Position numbers and translations under genes: made by a program
Shown: positions 38,701 through 53,700 of the stretch, one piece after another
Layout: every line of letters starts with the position of its first letter
How positions within the stretch are numbered: the first letter of the stretch is position 1
Notes under the pieces: model-generated
The model's input: the letters and a program-made list of their open reading frames with translations, nothing else
What the model was told of the DNA's origin: nothing
Databases searched by the model: none
Source: Acanthaster planci
Taxonomy: Eukaryota
Direction: 5' to 3'
Assembly (NCBI RefSeq): GCF_001949145.1
Contig: NW_019091359.1
Location: 1,438,540 to 1,502,539 of the forward strand
Length of the DNA stretch: 64,000 bases

Positions 38701-41700
38701 ATCTCCTGTTGATCTACTTCAGGAAAATGAAGTGTGGGCTCAGTTTCTGATATCCCTCTTGTGACTCCAGAGATTACCTCCCATAGTCTTGCCAGCTTCC
38801 CTAGCTCATCGGGGATGCAAGTAATCTTGGGATTATTGCTGAAGTCCAATGAGGTTAGTGTCAGTATCTGGCCGATCTCCTTGGGAACCTGTTGGCATAG
38901 CAACCACACACTCATTAAACTCAAGATGACACGCAATAAGGGAAAAAAGGCAGATTTTGACCATGCGACAAAACATTTCATAACAGTGAAAACAGGTAAA
39001 AAGACCAAAGTCTAAGCAATTTATGAGTCAATCTGCTGTCTCATCAATCTTCACCCTCATCAATTGTTCCTCTGCAAACTTTCTTGAATTTGAGAGAGGT
39101 CACTGATGTAGTTAGACTGGCTACAACAACACTAGCATATCAAGTGCTGATTCAGTGAACAATGTCATGTAGCAGTTACAATCTCTATCAGCATTACAGA
39201 AAAAGTTATTACCTGTGACAATTGATTGTTGTTCAAAGCTAGACGCTCCAGCTTTTGCCATGGCCGGATGCTCTCAGACAGATCCAACTAATACAAATCA
39301 TGCCAAAAAATATGAGGGAATGAACAAATGAATGGTACAGTAATAGATCTGATAAGTCCTCTAATAATTAAATAAAAGTATATCTAATTATGCCTGCTTT
39401 CATGCATTATGTAAACAAGGCCAGGCTACAGGACCAACCTTTTTGATTTTGTTGTGCCCTAGTAGGATTTCTCGCAAGCCCTGACTCTTCCATTCTTTGG
39501 GAGGGGGGACACCAGTCAAGTTATTGTTGCTCAGATCAATGCTCCTCAACCTATGACGCAAAAAATAACATCAAAATTTCTACCAAGCATGACAAATACT
39601 ATAAAAAATGCTGACTAGTAGAGGTGTTTTTTTCACAATTTATTTTACATAAGACTTAATTTTTTCCCACTGTTTGTAAATACAATCATGAATGGCCTTT
39701 CCAGACATTTGACTGCATGCTTAAATTGAGAGTGAGATAAGTACATTTTTCCTGTTTGCTTCCTTGATGATTTAGAACAGAAACTTTGTCCCAAGTGAAT
39801 CCCTGATTGAAATTTTCCAGTTTGACGCAGTACTTTTCAGACAAGACACAATGGGTTTCAGAGCTTACGGTCAAAAATTAAAAACGTTGGAAAACTGCAC
39901 ATGCAAGGCTTGGGAACTCAGCGGGTACTGTCACAAAACAAGAATGCTGCAGAGGTTTCTCTGAAAATAAGTCTTTTGAAAGTCGAAGACAGAACACACT
40001 GGACTAGAGTGATAGCTTTGCATGTAACTCAAATCATGGACTTTCAGTGTGAAGTTTTAAAACCTACTGGATTTTTGTATTCTCTGAGAAATCCATAAAA
40101 ACCAAATGGTGGCGGGGTGGGGGGAGTGGTATTGGGTACCGAGATGATTACATCACGCACACCCAGTTATGTGTGTAAAAGGATTTACGCGGGAACCAGT
40201 GAGTGAGCCAACACGTACATGTGCTCTATTCATTTACACTACACTTCCCTGTTCAAATGACGTCACGCTTCGGTACTCTATAGAAATTTTTCCAGTGATG
40301 TCACGATCGTGCTGGACCTCGGATGTGTTGTGATGGTAACGAGAGCATAGTGTCATGATGGTAATCTACTTATTCAAGATAAACTAATCAAGCATGCAGT
40401 GATCGCATGTGCGCTTGCACGCGGCTGAAGCTGCCCGTAGGAATATATACAATCACCATGGCCAAGGCGATAGTCGGGTCGGTGAAAAAAGTCAATAGGA
40501 ATTAACAGTCACAGTGGGTTTAGGTTGGAGCAAAAAGACCGTTGCCTAGTTCGGCCTTAACTTCATCAAATCCCCTGAACTCAATCCTTATGGGTATGGT
40601 AAGATCCAACCTTTTTTTCTCTCCTCAGGCTCCAATATCCAAATTTTTACCGGACAGTACATGTAACTGCCACTGGCTTATGGCACAGTGTTGGATTTGG
40701 GTAACTGCAAGTTTCCCAGCAAGAATCTGTCTAAAGGATCCATTTTTTTTTACCATGGCAATTGCAGGATCATGCGGGGGATGTAAGGAGGTTCTGGTAG
40801 TGCCAGATTGTTCGCAGCCATCTTGAGAGTGGTCAAAGAGCACAGCAACTCCCCAAGCTCCTCAGGTAGAATCTCTGATGAACCACATCAACAAGAGATA
40901 ATCAAATATTTTAATGGCTATTCTCACATGCTGTGAAAAAGAACGGTGAAGGCCTTGACTCAAAGCAGGACTTTTTGGCTGGCAGACAAGCTTAGAAAAA
41001 TCTGTATTTTGAGAAGACACATTTGGCAATCTTCTGTGAAAATAGATGTTACTTTTAAAAGCAAAAAGTACAACAAAGGAGGACAAAGGAGAAATATGTT
41101 TGTGAATTAATGGACAAAAACTAGCATAAAGGCACTAGTAAACCACCAAAGCCATGGTATTATCAACCTAAGCGAATCAGCTATCTTCGTACATTGTAAT
41201 AGGTTGGAAGACAGGAATGAGGATACAAAAACAAAAAAAATGAATGCATTTACAAGAGCTTCAGAAATCAAAAACTTGATGTATCTTTTCACTTCAAATC
41301 ACTTTTCCTGTGATCTCATGGTGCATTTTCAATTCAACTGTCGTTTTGCACAAGAATGCTTCAAACTTGTTCAGCACAGTCGTTATGTTAAACAGATGAC
41401 ATCTTAACGGGTACGCTAATGACGTTTAGCAAGTGTTTCTGTGCGGAGCAAAATATTGGCCCCTGGCTACTCACTGAGTTGGTTGCAGGAAACATTGAGG
41501 TAGTCCAGTGAGTCACAGTTCCACATGAACTTTGATGGTATGTGCGAGAGCTCGTTACAGGACAGGTCCAAGGTCTGCAGCCGGGTCATCTCTACAGACA
41601 TCGCTGGTAACTCTTTGAGGTGATTCCTTTGGGCAAACAAATGGGTGCGGGGGACATGTTGGTTGTTTAGGCATTCAGATTGGAAGGTGTAGAGATATTC

Positions 41701-44700
41701 ATCAAAGACTCCACGGATGCAAATCCCCCAAATGGTTAAAAGACAACTTTGTTAATACCACACTACTGATCTTCAGGATTTTTTTCCAACTGATTTAACA
41801 ATCCAAAACCTGCTCTGCAAGGAAAACAGAATGCAGGCTATCCGCCTTGAGCAGAAGCACCCCCTCACTGGTTGAGAAGAGCCGCGTTCGTTGAGAGTAT
41901 TTAATCAATTTGAATGTCTTCTTTTTAATTTTCAATTGTGTAATTGGTGTTTTTTGATGAAACATTTAGAAATAAATTGCCAGTGGAACACAATTATCTA
42001 CTTTTTATAATATGGGCAAAATAAAATTGAATTTAAATTGACTTTGAATTTGCTGGAAGGGATGTGACTGTAACATGCATTTTACAGTCGTTTGTGAACC
42101 AGCAAAGTTAAATTCCGACCACAGGCTCCTCGGTTACTGAGAAAACAGCGCCCTCTTACGGTCCCGCTCAAGGCCCATAACTTTTGTGAAACCCAGGTCT
42201 GGCTTATGTAAACAATGGGGGTCATATTAAAAGGTTCCATGATCTCATTGCTAATGAGATCCCAAATTCTACATGAGCACCGGTAGGGGTAGCATTTCTA
42301 TCCACGGGAATTTAAAAATTGGGAGTTAAAAATGCAATTGGTTCATGGCCGTGACATGACTGTCAGATCCTCCGTATTTTGACAATGACACCCCTTTAGG
42401 GGAGGAGTCACTACACCTACCTTGCTAGTGACAGAGTCACTAAAGCTGGGGCGTACTGCCCTATCCATGAGGGGAACTCCTCAATGCAGTTATTACTGAG
42501 GTTCAGGTCTACCAGCGAGAAGGATACTTCAAGAGGTTCTTCGGTCATGTCATTGATCTGTGAGCCAAGAATCAAGTGCAACACAGAGAACAGACGGTGT
42601 TGTATTACTACCTGTATGTTTGGGAGAACTCAACGAATTCACTTTGAAGATCCCAATGATTAGCTTAGGAGATCGATGGCACTGTGGCAAAGTGGTTCAA
42701 AGGGTTGGATTTCAAAGATGTTGTGATAAGGTCTGCGGTCAGTCTACCACTTTTTTAACATCTCCTTCCCAAAAGAAAGAACAATTTATAACTTGTACAG
42801 CTTTACCCTGATTAAAATAAAAACCTGACAAAAAAGATCTGCCTTTAGTACACTCAGTAGTCAATGCAATATAATTGTTCACCTTGTTTCCAGACATGTC
42901 TAGTGTCTGTAGTCTCCCGTTACCAAACACATGCACAGGCAGTGTTTGGAACTGGTTGTTCCTCAANNNNNNNNNNNNNNNNNNNNNNNNNNNNNNNNNN
43001 NNNNNNNNNNNNNNNNNNNNNNNNNNNNNNNNNNNNNNNNNNNNNNNNNNNNNNNNNNNNNNNNNNNNNNNNNNNNNNNNNNNNNNNNNNNNNNNNNNNN
43101 NNNNNNNNNNNNNNNNNNNNNNNNNNNNNNNNNNNNNNNNNNNNNNNNNNNNNNNNNNNNNNNNNNNNNNNNNNNNNNNNNNNNNNNNNNNNNNNNNNNN
43201 NNNNNNNNNNNNNNNNNNNNNNNNNNNNNNNNNNNNNNNNNNNNNNNNNNNNNNNNNNNNNNNNNNNNNNNNNNNNNNNNNNNNNNNNNNNNNNNNNNNN
43301 NNNNNNNNNNNNNNNNNNNNNNNNNNNNNNNNNNNNNNNNNNNNNNNNNNNNNNNNNNNNNNNNNNNNNNNNNNNNNNNNNNNNNNNNNNNNNNNNNNNN
43401 NNNNNNNNNNNNNNNNNNNNNNNNNNNNNNNNNNNNNNNNNNNNNNNNNNNNNNNNNNNNNNNNNNNNNNNNNNNNNNNNNNNNNNNNNNNNNNNNNNNN
43501 NNNNNNNNNGATCCAGGTTTTGAAGTCTTGGCAATGCCTGATGGGAAGACCAAAACAATGCATCAGACACACAACTCGTTTCATGGGTAGTCTTTTTATG
43601 AGTATGCAATGGAGGATTTTGAGACACTTGGTGGCGACAAACATGCCGGTCCTTTTTACCAGTTCTGAGCATGCGCGCGTTGTTTTGAACATGCGTGTAT
43701 AGTTCTGAGCATGCACAATGCTGTGAAAAAGGACTGGTATGTCTGCTGCCACCAGCATCTCGAAGTCTCCCATTATCATTTCTTTTTTAACGTACAATAA
43801 ACTGAGCGATTGTTTTATCCATGCATGCGGTCATTCATTCAGGTCATGTGACTATTAAAAAACTCAGAGTGAGTTAAAAGTCACCAGACCTACTTTGGAG
43901 TGCAGGCCCTTAGCCAGATCGTGAATAATCAAAATCAATACAAACTGCTATTTTTTTCACACACGTGATGTTGGCTTTTGAGGATGTAATACTGAGTTTT
44001 ATAGCGTCCAATCAAAAGATATCACAGTATCATGTGACCTTTTGGTCTCCCTATGATTGGCCAACATTTTGGTTACCAGCAATACATCTTGGGATGTAAA
44101 CAAGGCAGTGATAGGCTGATAGTCAGGGAAAATTACTGTTACTCCTTTACTGAATGACGTAATGGTCACCATCCGTACGGTTGGCGGCGTACCAATTCAC
44201 AACTGGGCGTTGGTTTCCTATTTTTCTCATGCTTATCAAAGCTTCAAACACTTGTATAATACCCAAATGTAAGGTGCGGCTGTGCAGTCATTACCTATGA
44301 CAATGACGGATGTAAGCCGGGTCACGTGAGCTAGTGAGACTGTCCTATGTCAGAATACAAGGTCAGAAAGCACAAGACACAAGATATGTAACAGAAACGA
44401 GGGTGGGCTAACCTAGCGTGGACTCGTGAACAAAATACGTCCACACGATGCAGGAAGGGAAAATGTACTTTGGACTGAACCATGTCCACAGGACATTTCC
44501 CCTTCTCTGAAAAGAGATTTAGAGGCATTTGGGGGTTAGGGTTACCTCTCATAAGAGGAAAGGAACAGTTAGGGAAACATTTTACAAAAATCCAGCTGAA
44601 AATCGTGATCACAGTTCAAGAAAAATGAGCACTAACCACCAAGTTTTCTTCACTGCATGAAAGCAGAGGAATGTCCAGATTAGGGAAGGAAGGTGAAGGT

Positions 44701-47700
44701 GTGAGCTTACCTGAGTGAATTGGGATGGGAGTTCCTCCAGCGCGTTATTGCTCAGGTCCAACTTCTCCAAGAAGGCAAACTGCCCCATTAGCCTGCCCTC
44801 TGATTGCGCCAGGCACTGCAGGTCCGTGATGCGATTGGCCGACAGGTCCAGGAGGTGCACGTGGATCTCCGATGCCTCGGGAACGTCCAGCATGGACTGG
44901 CCGAGGTGGAGCATGTGCCTTGAGCTCCGACGATTCTCTGGGGGTGGGGGGGGGGAGGTCAGAGGGGGAGGGGAAGATGGATTTACAGTGGAGAAATGCT
45001 GATGCAGAACTGAAAGTATGACAACACCATAATGGATCCCGCTTATTTCTTAATAAACACTTCCAACAAGACTTGGCGACCAAGAGTGGTTCTGCAAAGA
45101 CAGTCTTGGACGCCACTGCACAAGTACATCCGGCCGGTGTCCTATGAAACTTGGTTTCCTCTTCCTCCCCTGTCCTTGTCAGCTGTCACTATTCTCTGCA
45201 CCAAGTCGTTATGCAATACAGTGAATGTGTCTGTATTTCGTACAGTCTGGGCATCATACGACATAGGTATGCCCATGAAAACCCTCACGTTTGCCCACAT
45301 TCAGATTATCCATTCTCTGTAGCAAACACGGACAAACAGTTGCAAGCACGCTGTTTATCAACCTGACAGGATTTCACTGCATGGCAGCGTAGCCATTTCT
45401 CACTTTTAAAGGGAATACATCCCGGTGCTTATGATCAGGGGTTCACAGAATAGAATCCTACCGTAGCCCGTAAATACTGTGTCCCTGGGCAAGCTCTAGT
45501 CACTTCAAGCTACTTGATCCTTTCTCCACTGGGCAGAATACGTGGACACTAGCATTTACCGGAGGGGGTAACACTGCCATTAACTAGCATCCAATTCAAG
45601 GGAATAGAAATATTTTCAGTCGTTTCATGTTTCTAAAACCGGCGATAAACGCCCAACTGATGGCCACATTGTCTCACACTAGACTTGATCTCACTTTCAT
45701 TTTAACAAAAGGAGCCAACGCTTGATTCCGATCAAAACCGACGCAACATTCCCACCTTTTGTCATAAACTCAAAACAAAAATTAAAAATGACACTTGCTG
45801 TTGACATTTTGCTAAGTTTTGCAACTCCGGTTTCATTGGTTTTGGTCTGGGTTCTGACTACTCACTCCTCTGGACGGGCGTGCTATGCCACTGTGTGGTG
45901 GAGGGGGACACGGTGGGGACGACATCAGGCATGACCCCTGAGGGCTGGGACGATTCTGCATACTCCATGTCTGTCGTGCTGCTGTCGCTCACGCTGCCAA
46001 AGGAGAACACTTGGCTGACCTTGGACCCTGGGGAAAGAAAAAGGAGGGTGAGGGGAAGGGTTAGAAACTGCTGTTGGTCATGTCTTGGACACGGTGTGAG
46101 CTTGAGGGAAGAAGTGAAATCGCCAAACATTCGGCCCTGGTACTGTGACAGTGACAATATTGAAATCCTGTGCTTTTTAGGGTTTTAACTGGCTTTAAGG
46201 ACTGAGCTCTCTCGTCAAACGATCTGATATCGAGAATCTTGCATTTGGGTAGTTTGTTAGCAGAAAGTGCAGAAAAGATAGCAAAATCTGAATGACTAAA
46301 TCCAACAAAAATCTTAATCCAGAATTTGTGAGTTAAAAACCCCAAGCTTGTAAATATGACCTCAAAATCATTTATCCCGTTAGACATATTATTCTGAAGC
46401 GCTATGAGCTTCTGAGATTTCAGGACTCTCCCCAGTCTTGCTGGGTATGCGAAAAAAAAGAACAAACAAAAAAAAAAAAACTGGCTCCATGGAATATAAG
46501 CATTTTCCTCTCAAAGATGACCATCTTAAATACATGTATGGTCTACTTACAAAATGCGAAAAGTGCAACAAAGCTTATTACAACATTCAGGTGACATACC
46601 TTACAGTGGAACATCACAGGCTTTCCTAGAGACATTTGGTGCGGGGGTTCATATTGCATGTATTGGGCTGACTGTTGTGCCGCTTACGATCATCAGTATC
46701 AGATGACAGTGGAGTACATTATCAACCTTGGCAAGTTAAGCTTTTAATCTTGGTTTATATCTAGAGATACACATCTTTTATCAAACCAAGGCCAATGACA
46801 GTGTTTACCGTAGTCATGAAGTGCATTTACTGCTGAACAGAGTAATATCAGCTGCAGCCATGGTATCACCACCTAAGCATATTAAAATCATGACATGTTT
46901 TATAGCACTGTACTCACTGGCCTGAGACCTTTCCAAGGGAGACTGGTATCGATCCTCAGAGCTCTCCTGGCTCACAGACAGGGCACTTCTCATCTCAATT
47001 TCAGGCTATAAACGACCACAAAAAAACAAGAACATTACAAACTTTGACCACTTCATGCACAGGGCTTTGTGTTTATACGTGATGTGGCAATCTATATTCC
47101 TAGGGGTGGCTGACTGGTCAAGTGCTGACAGTTTTTCCCAAATCTCTAGGGGTGGCTGACTGGTCAAGTGCCGACAGTTTTTCCCAAGTCTCTAGGGGTG
47201 GCTGACTGGTCAAGTGCCGACAGTTTTCCCCAAGTCTCTAGGGGTGGCTGCCTGGTCAAGTGCCGACAGTTTTTCCCAAGTCTCTAGGGGTGGCTGACTG
47301 GTCAAGTGCCAACATTTTTCCCCAAGTCTCTAGGGGTGGCTGACTGATCAAGTGCCGACAGTTTTCCCTAAGTCTCTAGTGGCAGACGTGGACATGTCTC
47401 ATTGCCTGTTTGTTTTGTACACACACAATCCGTCTGGTGGAATGCCGCATGAACAGGAACTTGGCTGCTTTAGTCTGTAATCTAATCTGCAGAATTTCTC
47501 AGTGCAATACTCCACATGTGACTTTGACTGACAAAATGATCTGGGAGTGTCGCCACAGCCATTTTTGAGTTAAAGGCCTTGTAAAGAATCTTGCACAACC
47601 AGTAAGAACCCGTAACATTTTTCACCCACATAATGTCCATTTTAATTGGGATACCAGACGGAGTGATACATCACCAGAAAGAGCCGAGTCGGCTCGTTCT

Positions 47701-50700
47701 GATCCACACCAGAGAAAATTACTGGAAAAATGGCATTAAGATTCATTTTGTAGGATTCATTCAAGCATGACAGATTTAAAAATGATTGAAGATGATTTTT
47801 TTTAATGTGAATATTGATGATTTTCGTCTATTTAGGTTGTTTCTTACAGGTAGTGACAAACAGGCCAAACTACTAGAAATATTAAAGATACCGGTAAGTG
47901 GGGCCAATTTTCTGTGGAGCACATCTTCACTTGCAATTTCAGAGATATAAACAGGAATAACACAGCTATCCCAAACTAATATCTTTTTTGCAATTTTATA
48001 CTGCGAGCTGAAAGTTTTCTCCTCGTGGCTGGTGACTAGTGACTAGTTGGCATATGACAGGCTTACTTGGGATCTGGAGCGGATGTTTATGTAGGATTCG
48101 ATACTCAGAAGGCTGGGTGACTGCGGACGGGAAGAACTTCCTCCAGAGAAGGATTCCCTGACAGAACTCTGCTCCCTTAGTCCTGAGAACAAATGGCATC
48201 AATAAGAAAATGGACCCAATCATAAAAAAGCAAAGTTATAAAAAAATGATATATTTGGAAACAGGAAGTCCAAGTTATTTATGTGCACAGGTCCACAGGC
48301 ATTCAGGCTATTTGGAGGGAGATGTTTCCTGGAAAACACTTCTACTTGCAAGCATCTTGGCAGCAAAGGTTTCACGGATGTGGCTGGATGTTTGCAATCA
48401 AGGGAAAGGTGCCAATGTGAATTCCTTACTGAGAGGGGAACTGCATGTAGGAATTACAAAGGTAGGTTTGGGAGGCCTGGGAGAGAGTGGTTGGGGTTTG
48501 TGACTCACGGACGTAGGGGCTGGGGTTCGAATCTACCTGCTGGTTACAGGTTGTGACCTTAGGCAAGTCACTTTACACCTACTTGCCACTCTCCACCCAG
48601 GAGTATAGCTGGGTACCTGAGAGAGTTGAGATGGTTGGTGTACTTGGTAAGCCATTTGTGCCTAATATGGCAGCACAGAGCTCTAGACCATCCAGGGAGC
48701 TGAGATGTTTTTAGGAACGTTTGTGGCACAGTGTGCAAGGATAATAATAAACGCCTTGTTAATTTGACGCTACATACAGTCATTATTATTGATTATTAGA
48801 ATTAATTCAGTGTCTTTTCAGTCAAACAACGGTGCAAGTGTTTGTGGTTAACTAGTGCAAATGGTGCAAATCAACATGCAGAGCTCTCCAAAAATCATGC
48901 TGACGGTGAAAGGCAAGTAAGTTATAGAACGAGGATACACAACGGTAAATCATGCGACAGATCAAGTTATCAAGGCCAACATGTTCTATCTTTCTCCCCT
49001 ACCCAAAAGAAGCGAGGGGACTACTAGATCAAACTTACAGGCTACTTGTAACCCAGGCCGATGTATGTTTGCTATCACCAAACAGTCTCTTGTCAAGTGA
49101 TACCAAAGGGCTTCTGGGAGTACTTAAACATAGGGCAAGTTTAGGCACAAACGATTCTTCTTGCCAATGTGCACATGTGATGCGGTCTTACCCATTACTT
49201 GTGACTGGACTTGCAGTGAATTCAGTTTCATATCTTGTTCCCACCACTCAAATTTCAGTGAACAATCACTCAACGGTGATCTTTGTAGTCGAGTCTATCA
49301 CAAATCCTTTCACGAATCCTATCACACATCAAGTCCCAAGACCGGTCATAAGTAAGAGAGTGAACAATGACAAAGGAATGCTTTTGTCACAGTTCATTTG
49401 AGTAGCTTGAGACTGGATGACTCGCAGGGACTTGTGATGGACTCGGTGATACTGAAATTTCTTCTAAAATCTCCCCCCTCACAACCACAACACACACGGC
49501 AACAAAAGCAACAGGCTTGCAGTTATTGGCACACAAAACTACCACATGGAATCCCACACCACAGTCATGCCAGCGACTCCACCACAATGGAGGGGGCCGA
49601 AACACTCGTATCATACTACCTCGCTGGAGACTCTCAAGGCAGCGTGGGTCGTCCGGGTTTATCGGCAGGTTGGCAGAACTCAGCGACTTGCGCCAGGGCA
49701 CAAAGCTACTGGAGACCTTGCGGATCATGTCCATCTCGCCAGCTGAACGCTGACGTCTCCGGTTCATGGCTTTTGTGAGGTTATCCACCTCCGTATCTTT
49801 GGAGGTTTTTTGGCAGGGGCGGGGAGAGAACAGGGGTGCAAAGAGTGTTAGAGCCGAGTGTTAGTCAAAGACAGAGGAAAGTGAGCTATTCCTATTCACA
49901 GCCTTTCTCTTCAGGTAAACTTCTCACACTAATATGACCAACTTGTATATGAACAACATTCCTCTAGTTTTGATTTGGGATAAATATCATTTCAATACTT
50001 AAACTTAATCTGAAAGGGTTTACAGAAGTCTACTTCTTGTAACAAAACCTTTTCTTTCTTCTTAGACCTTTTTGATAATTCCCATCACATCTCCACACAT
50101 ATCGATAGTGAAGGATAAACTGGTCCAGTCTGGTGTAAAAAGTGAGTGCAAATGGTTTAAAACTCTCCCATAAAAAAAGCTAAGAAAGTCTGCACACAAA
50201 TCATGGAAATTGCTCATAAACTTAAAAAAATTCTTTTAGAGACCCAGAAGATATCGACTTACTGTAATTTATTATTAGTGGAAGAACAGGAAATCAAGGG
50301 TGCAAAATTCCAACATAAAGGAATTCAATATGGACGATTCACAATAGTGCACCACCAAGAGATTGCAACACGTTGGCCAGTCACAACGCATGAAATTTGT
50401 CGACCCTTTCTAAACGCGCATTGGGTCGACAAATTTTGCGCACTGTGACTGGCCAACGCATTGCAAACTCTTGGTGGTGCACTATTGTGAAACGGCCGTA
50501 TTGGAAGGTGTATCTCAAAGAAAACGGATGCCGCTACTGATGCCAAGCTCCTTTTATTAATAAGGCAGAGTTTGATTAGTTAGCCTGATAGTTAATGCAA
50601 CCATGCCAGAATAATTTCAACAAAGACATGCAAAGAACACAGTTTACATGTAAGATTAGACAGTACAGCGCATCTCTGGCAATAAGCACCTACATCAGTC

Positions 50701-53700
50701 AACCTCTGGTGGATTTTAGCATGGTCCCCAGGAAGCATTCTGTGCGTGGGTTACCAGGCAAGAATCCATGTAAGGCTGTCTTAACCACTTGCTGCCAGGG
50801 GAACCCGTTTCGAGCACCATGGGTTTATACGCAGAGCCAGGGTGCTTGAAATGGGACAAAAGAGCCGGTCCATGTAACAAATGACTCGGAACAAAAGACC
50901 TGTTGCTGGGAATTACCATTATTTTTCGGCTTGCATTTTTTGAAGGTAATCCGCCACTGTTTTGGGCATAGCGCGCCCACGGATTAGCATCGCGGACAAA
51001 AGTGCTCCAGGGCCCCATTGATGGGTGACATAGCACTGCTGTAAGCTAATCCAGTCGTGTTTGAAAAGATACCACTCGCACTCACTGGGGACAAAGGAAA
51101 TTATGCAACACCTCACAATTCTGGGCTCTCTTTACAGGGCAGCAGGCCTGGCTGAAATACTCAGGAGTCAATGAAGGTTGCCTGTCAGCTTAGAGTAGCC
51201 ACCAAACAATCATTCGTGTGGGTGTAAACGTCCATTAAATGAAATGATGAATTTTTGAAGAATTTCGAAAACTGAAATTCTTGAAAATCTCCCGTTTGTG
51301 TGCACTGCATTTTTAAAAGCACCCGGCAGCAAGTGGTTAATGGTCACTGATTGAATCCGGCCTTGGCCTTGCATTACCAGTGCTGGACTGATGTTTATCT
51401 CATGCAAGTGGAAATTTTAGCCACCCAAACTCTGCCTGTGTCCACGAGCAACACAAATTACATCAACAACTTCTCTCACGTATAAACGAGAGGACAGGTG
51501 GAATAAAAATTGGTTTCAGACTGCCTGAGCTTGTGAAACGGCACGATAGGCTCTTCAGAATTATGTTTCAGTGTTTATTGTGACAACAATTCAAACAAGT
51601 AGCCATGCAGTTTCCGGACATTTGACATTCAATTGAGGCTTTGCGTGGTAGCCATCTTGCAGAGCAGTTGTTTTGTTCCACAGGGAAACCTAATTTTGTG
51701 CATACCCTGAGAAACAAAAGCACTGACCTGCAAGATGGCAGCTGTGCAAACCCTCCATAAAGACCATTCCGTATGAAGCACACATGAAAGTGTACACTGC
51801 TCTTAAAAACGCAAGAGTAAATCAAGGTGCACAGCTTTCTTTTATGAGGTTTTAAGATGAGGCAAAGCTACCATTTCTTGAAGTTCAACACAGAGGAACT
51901 GGAAGGATTTTATTCAAATGAGGGAAGTGAGAAGGAGTATGTTCTTGTACCTTCACCTGGCCAAACAGGAAGGGAAGAACATGCAAGCCATTACTTCATT
52001 TGCACAGTGCATCCTTAATTAGCGATGGACAATTAAGTTCTCTTTGACTGCTCTGAAACAGTCTGAATTGGTGAGGAACCAGGATCAGAATTTTACCAGA
52101 AAAAGACGTGTGAGATAGAATAAAGAATTCAGTGACATGGTGCATTAAAGTTTTCCAAAAAGAGCACTTGAGTTATGGGGAGGAGACAAAAGGTCACAAT
52201 AAAATCAACTTACTAGACAAATAAAACCATAAAAACCTTCACCAACAATATGCTCTTTTTTGGCTGCCAAAGCAACCCTGGCCACCTACCGGTGCCATGG
52301 AGACTCTTGGAACGTTCGTGATTGCGGGGGCGCTCCAAAATGGTCTGGCCCTGTTCCTGTTCTTCTCCTAGTGAGAAAGCGCTGGTGTCTAGCGTGTCAG
52401 GGAGGAATGCGGCGTTTTCCGTGCACGTGAAATCTGTGGCATTGGCCTCGCCAACTTGAAACACTACAGTTGATGATGTGTCGGTGGGGGAGGGGGTGGT
52501 TGGGGGTGGGGAGAGGGAAGGTGAGAGGGTGTGTGGAAGGAAATGGTAAATCACAAAACTCTCTACCCCTCTTTCTGTCAAAAGTAAGTCTGACTTTTCC
52601 ATACAATCAATGTCCTTATCTTAGGTAATTTTTATTCACAATTTGTGTTGTTGAATCTTTCCCCAAACCCAACTCTATGCCCGGGTGCTGCATCACAAGG
52701 ATAACTTTTGACCAATAGCGAAATGTGGGCCCCGTTGGGAGGACTTTCCAATGTCCTCACAAGTGTTTGGGTGCATGCACTAGTCAGTGTCTGAGTTCTA
52801 CTACATTTTTCACATCAGTGCTAAACCTAAGCCCAATTTTGTAGATCTGCTAAGCATGTAAGTGTATTCCACAGAGTGAATTCTCGTATTCACTATAAAG
52901 CAAAATCAAACTAGCAGCCAACACGTTCATTTCTTGTGACTAGTTTTCAACTACTTTTCTACTTAGCACATAAATTTGCTTCAGCAATATTTTTTACAAG
53001 GCAACTCCGTAAAATTGAGCCTTGGTTTTCACACTGGATAAGTAAGCTGGATTTAATAGATTTGATAAGTGTTAGCATAATGAGAGAAGCCTATGAAAAT
53101 TAATGCAGCTGCTCCAGAGAAAAACTAAGTACAATGTACGGTACACATATGTATCACAATATCAATTTAGGCAGACAAACTGATAAACCTGAATACAGTG
53201 TTCAATGCCAGAGAAACTCTATTTTCATGTTTTCAGAGAATCAGAATATTCAAATTTTTTTCATGGGGAAAATTGTTGGAGAGAAATGACAATCTTGGAT
53301 GCACTCTGATATTTTCCTCCATTATGTCAATTGACATTTTCTATCAGTTAACTTCTCAAAGTAATTGCAAGGTGGAATGGGATGGAAGCACTGTGGGATG
53401 AATTGTAGACGTCACTCTGACTGATTGGAATCAAAATGCAAAGCATTACTTCCAGGCACATGCTTTTAATGCAGTAAAACAATGTTGCCTGTAAATTTCA
53501 AGTAAATACAAACTCAGTGCAGAGCATGGCTATCCCTCACACTCCATAACTAAATACACAAACTATACTGCTCAGGTTGTGTCTCAATCAACTGGCTATG
53601 GCTGTGGTTAGCACATGTCTATGAGAAGTGGCTCCAGCCACATGCCAAAAACTTCAATAAACACATGTGTCAATCCAAGCCGCAGCCACACTTTTTAGTC

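Noticed and set aside
42739..43797. Long ORFs across N runs (also 62539-63726 and 659-866)
   Set aside because: Artefacts of assembly gaps translated as X; only short flanking parts are real exons.
47100..47378. CRISPR-like regular repeat
   Set aside because: Units are head-to-tail with no unique spacers, in a eukaryotic intron; this is a minisatellite.
47654..47721. Possible extra LRRK2 exon with a U12-like donor GTATCC
   Set aside because: Flanking exons already join in phase 0, this segment would begin with TAA in that phase, and GTATCCCA does not match the U12 consensus GTATCCTT.
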